Below are positions 63,228-64,000 of a stretch of DNA of 64,000 nucleotides, piece after piece. Below the pieces are notes generated by a model, which saw only the letters and a program-made list of their open reading frames with translations, ran no database searches and was not told where the DNA came from. Source of the DNA: a virus (lineage: Duplodnaviria > Caudoviricetes). The stretch lies in the IMG/VR virus record IMGVR_UViG_2912464834_000002. One strand, given 5' to 3'. Positions within the stretch are counted from its first letter, which is position 1. Every line of letters starts with the position of its first letter. The position numbers and the translations under genes are program-made.

Positions 63228-63608
63228 TTAAATCGACAATCTGCGGACGGCTCGGGCGCGCAACTCGTCGTCCTGGCGGTAGCCGTCCTGGTAGCCAAGG
63301 TCGAAGTACTGGCACCACGCCCAGCCGGCGTAGCCCGGGTCCGTGTCGGGTTGGTTCGACCAGTAGGCGTCCGGCTCGAACTCGCCGCGATGGTTTTCCA
63401 GCAGGAAGAGCATCTCGATGCGCGTCGGCAGGTCGCCGCCGATCGACTTCGCCCACTCCATCTGCGCCTGCCAGCTGGCGTCGTCGTTGTCGCCCGGAAG
63501 GAGCACGACGTGATTCTGTTCGCCGGCCGTGTTGGTGACGATGCCGACGTAGATCTCGCCCTCGGCGAGCTGCGGAACGGAAACAGCGGTGGGGGTGGGC
63601 GCGTTCAT
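63228..63608 (-). CDS. Remote DGR target B3 (DUF1566/CLec-like)
   Basis: Paralog of B1/B2 with a C-terminal VR, about 7 kb from TR2. Confidence 0.9.
   Translation of the reverse strand: MNAPTPTAVSVPQLAEGEIYVGIVTNTAGEQNHVVLLPGDNDDASWQAQMEWAKSIGGDLPTRIEMLFLLENHRGEFEPDAYWSNQPDTDPGYAGWAWCQYFDLGYQDGYRQDDELRARAVRRLSI
63239..63328 (-). repeat. Variable repeat VR2c
   Basis: 13 mismatches to TR2, all at adenines. Confidence 0.95.
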
Positions 63609-63733
63609 AGAAACTCCAGAAAGGAAGAACTACTAAGTAAATTGAAGTGTGAAACGGCAAACGGTGCTTGCTGCTGCAGCTCTCACCGGTGGCGCCTCGA
63701 AGAACGAACCGCCGCCGGTCAGAACTGCTTTCA

Positions 63734-63812
63734 CTCGCGCGCCCGGCTACTCCCGGCCGTGCCGGCTCCGGGCCGCGCGAGGTTGTGTGCCGATTACCAC
63801 GCCATCGGTCAC
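63734..63812 (-). ncRNA. Conserved two-hairpin RNA in the leftward leader
   Basis: Structural homolog of 10943-11019. Confidence 0.7.
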
Positions 63813-63938
63813 GTGTTGCTGGCTGTCTTGCATCAGGCTCACTCGGCGCACAGCGGTCTTCCGCTAAGTCCGTCCTGACTCACGACGCTGATCGCGCCGG
63901 CCGGTTGCTCCGCAGAAGCGGTCCCGGCTTACCTTCGA

Positions 63939-63990
63939 TTGTTAGAGAGCGATCCGCCTGGGCGGTGGCGCAGCGCGTTGTGTGCTGCGT
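63939..63990 (-). promoter_or_regulatory. nut-like site (hairpins + boxA)
   Basis: Minus strand CGCTCTCTAACAA after two hairpins; homolog of 11132-11178. Confidence 0.6.
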
Positions 63991-64000
63991 TGGGAAGGAC

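Larger units (their letters stand above)
51535..64000. mobile_element. Prophage 2 (partial), probably integrated at tRNA-His; leftward early arm with DGR
   Basis: Integrase and excisionase next to the tRNA, then phage early/recombination genes; the other att lies outside the window. Confidence 0.88.

Noticed and set aside
62305-63660. 451-aa ORF spanning target B3
   Set aside because: Only the last 109 codons look real (homolog of 9592-9924); the rest overlaps better-supported genes in other frames.

Overview
GC-rich betaproteobacterial (Burkholderia-like) DNA made almost entirely of two prophages, with only about 1.1 kb of host DNA (dusA plus tRNA-His) between them. Prophage 1 (about 50 kb, 377-50430) lies wholly within the window. 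It is integrated in the 5' end of dusA through a 16-bp core (ATGCTCGACTGGACCG) and has a lambdoid immunity/replication region, a lambda-like cos/terminase/head module, a Mu-like contractile tail, an unusual lysis region and a tyrosine integrase. Prophage 2 starts just after tRNA-His(GTG) and runs off the window; only its leftward early arm is visible. The main result is that both early operons carry a near-identical diversity-generating retroelement (targets-avd-TR-RT). Two 91-nt template repeats differ at one base, and five variable repeats sit at the 3' ends of small signal-less DUF1566/CLec-like genes rather than tail fibres. By hand alignment, every VR mismatch falls on an adenine of the prophage-2 TR, which hints at cross-talk between the two prophages. 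Other notable items: a covarying structured RNA in both pL leaders; a QueF-like + TGT/DpdA-like + PP-loop cassette (candidate deazaguanine DNA modification); a synonymously recoded dusA N-terminus supplied by the phage; a perfect LexA box near the integrase; and two exported late proteins that share a motif. All product calls come from reading motifs by eye; no database searches were run.
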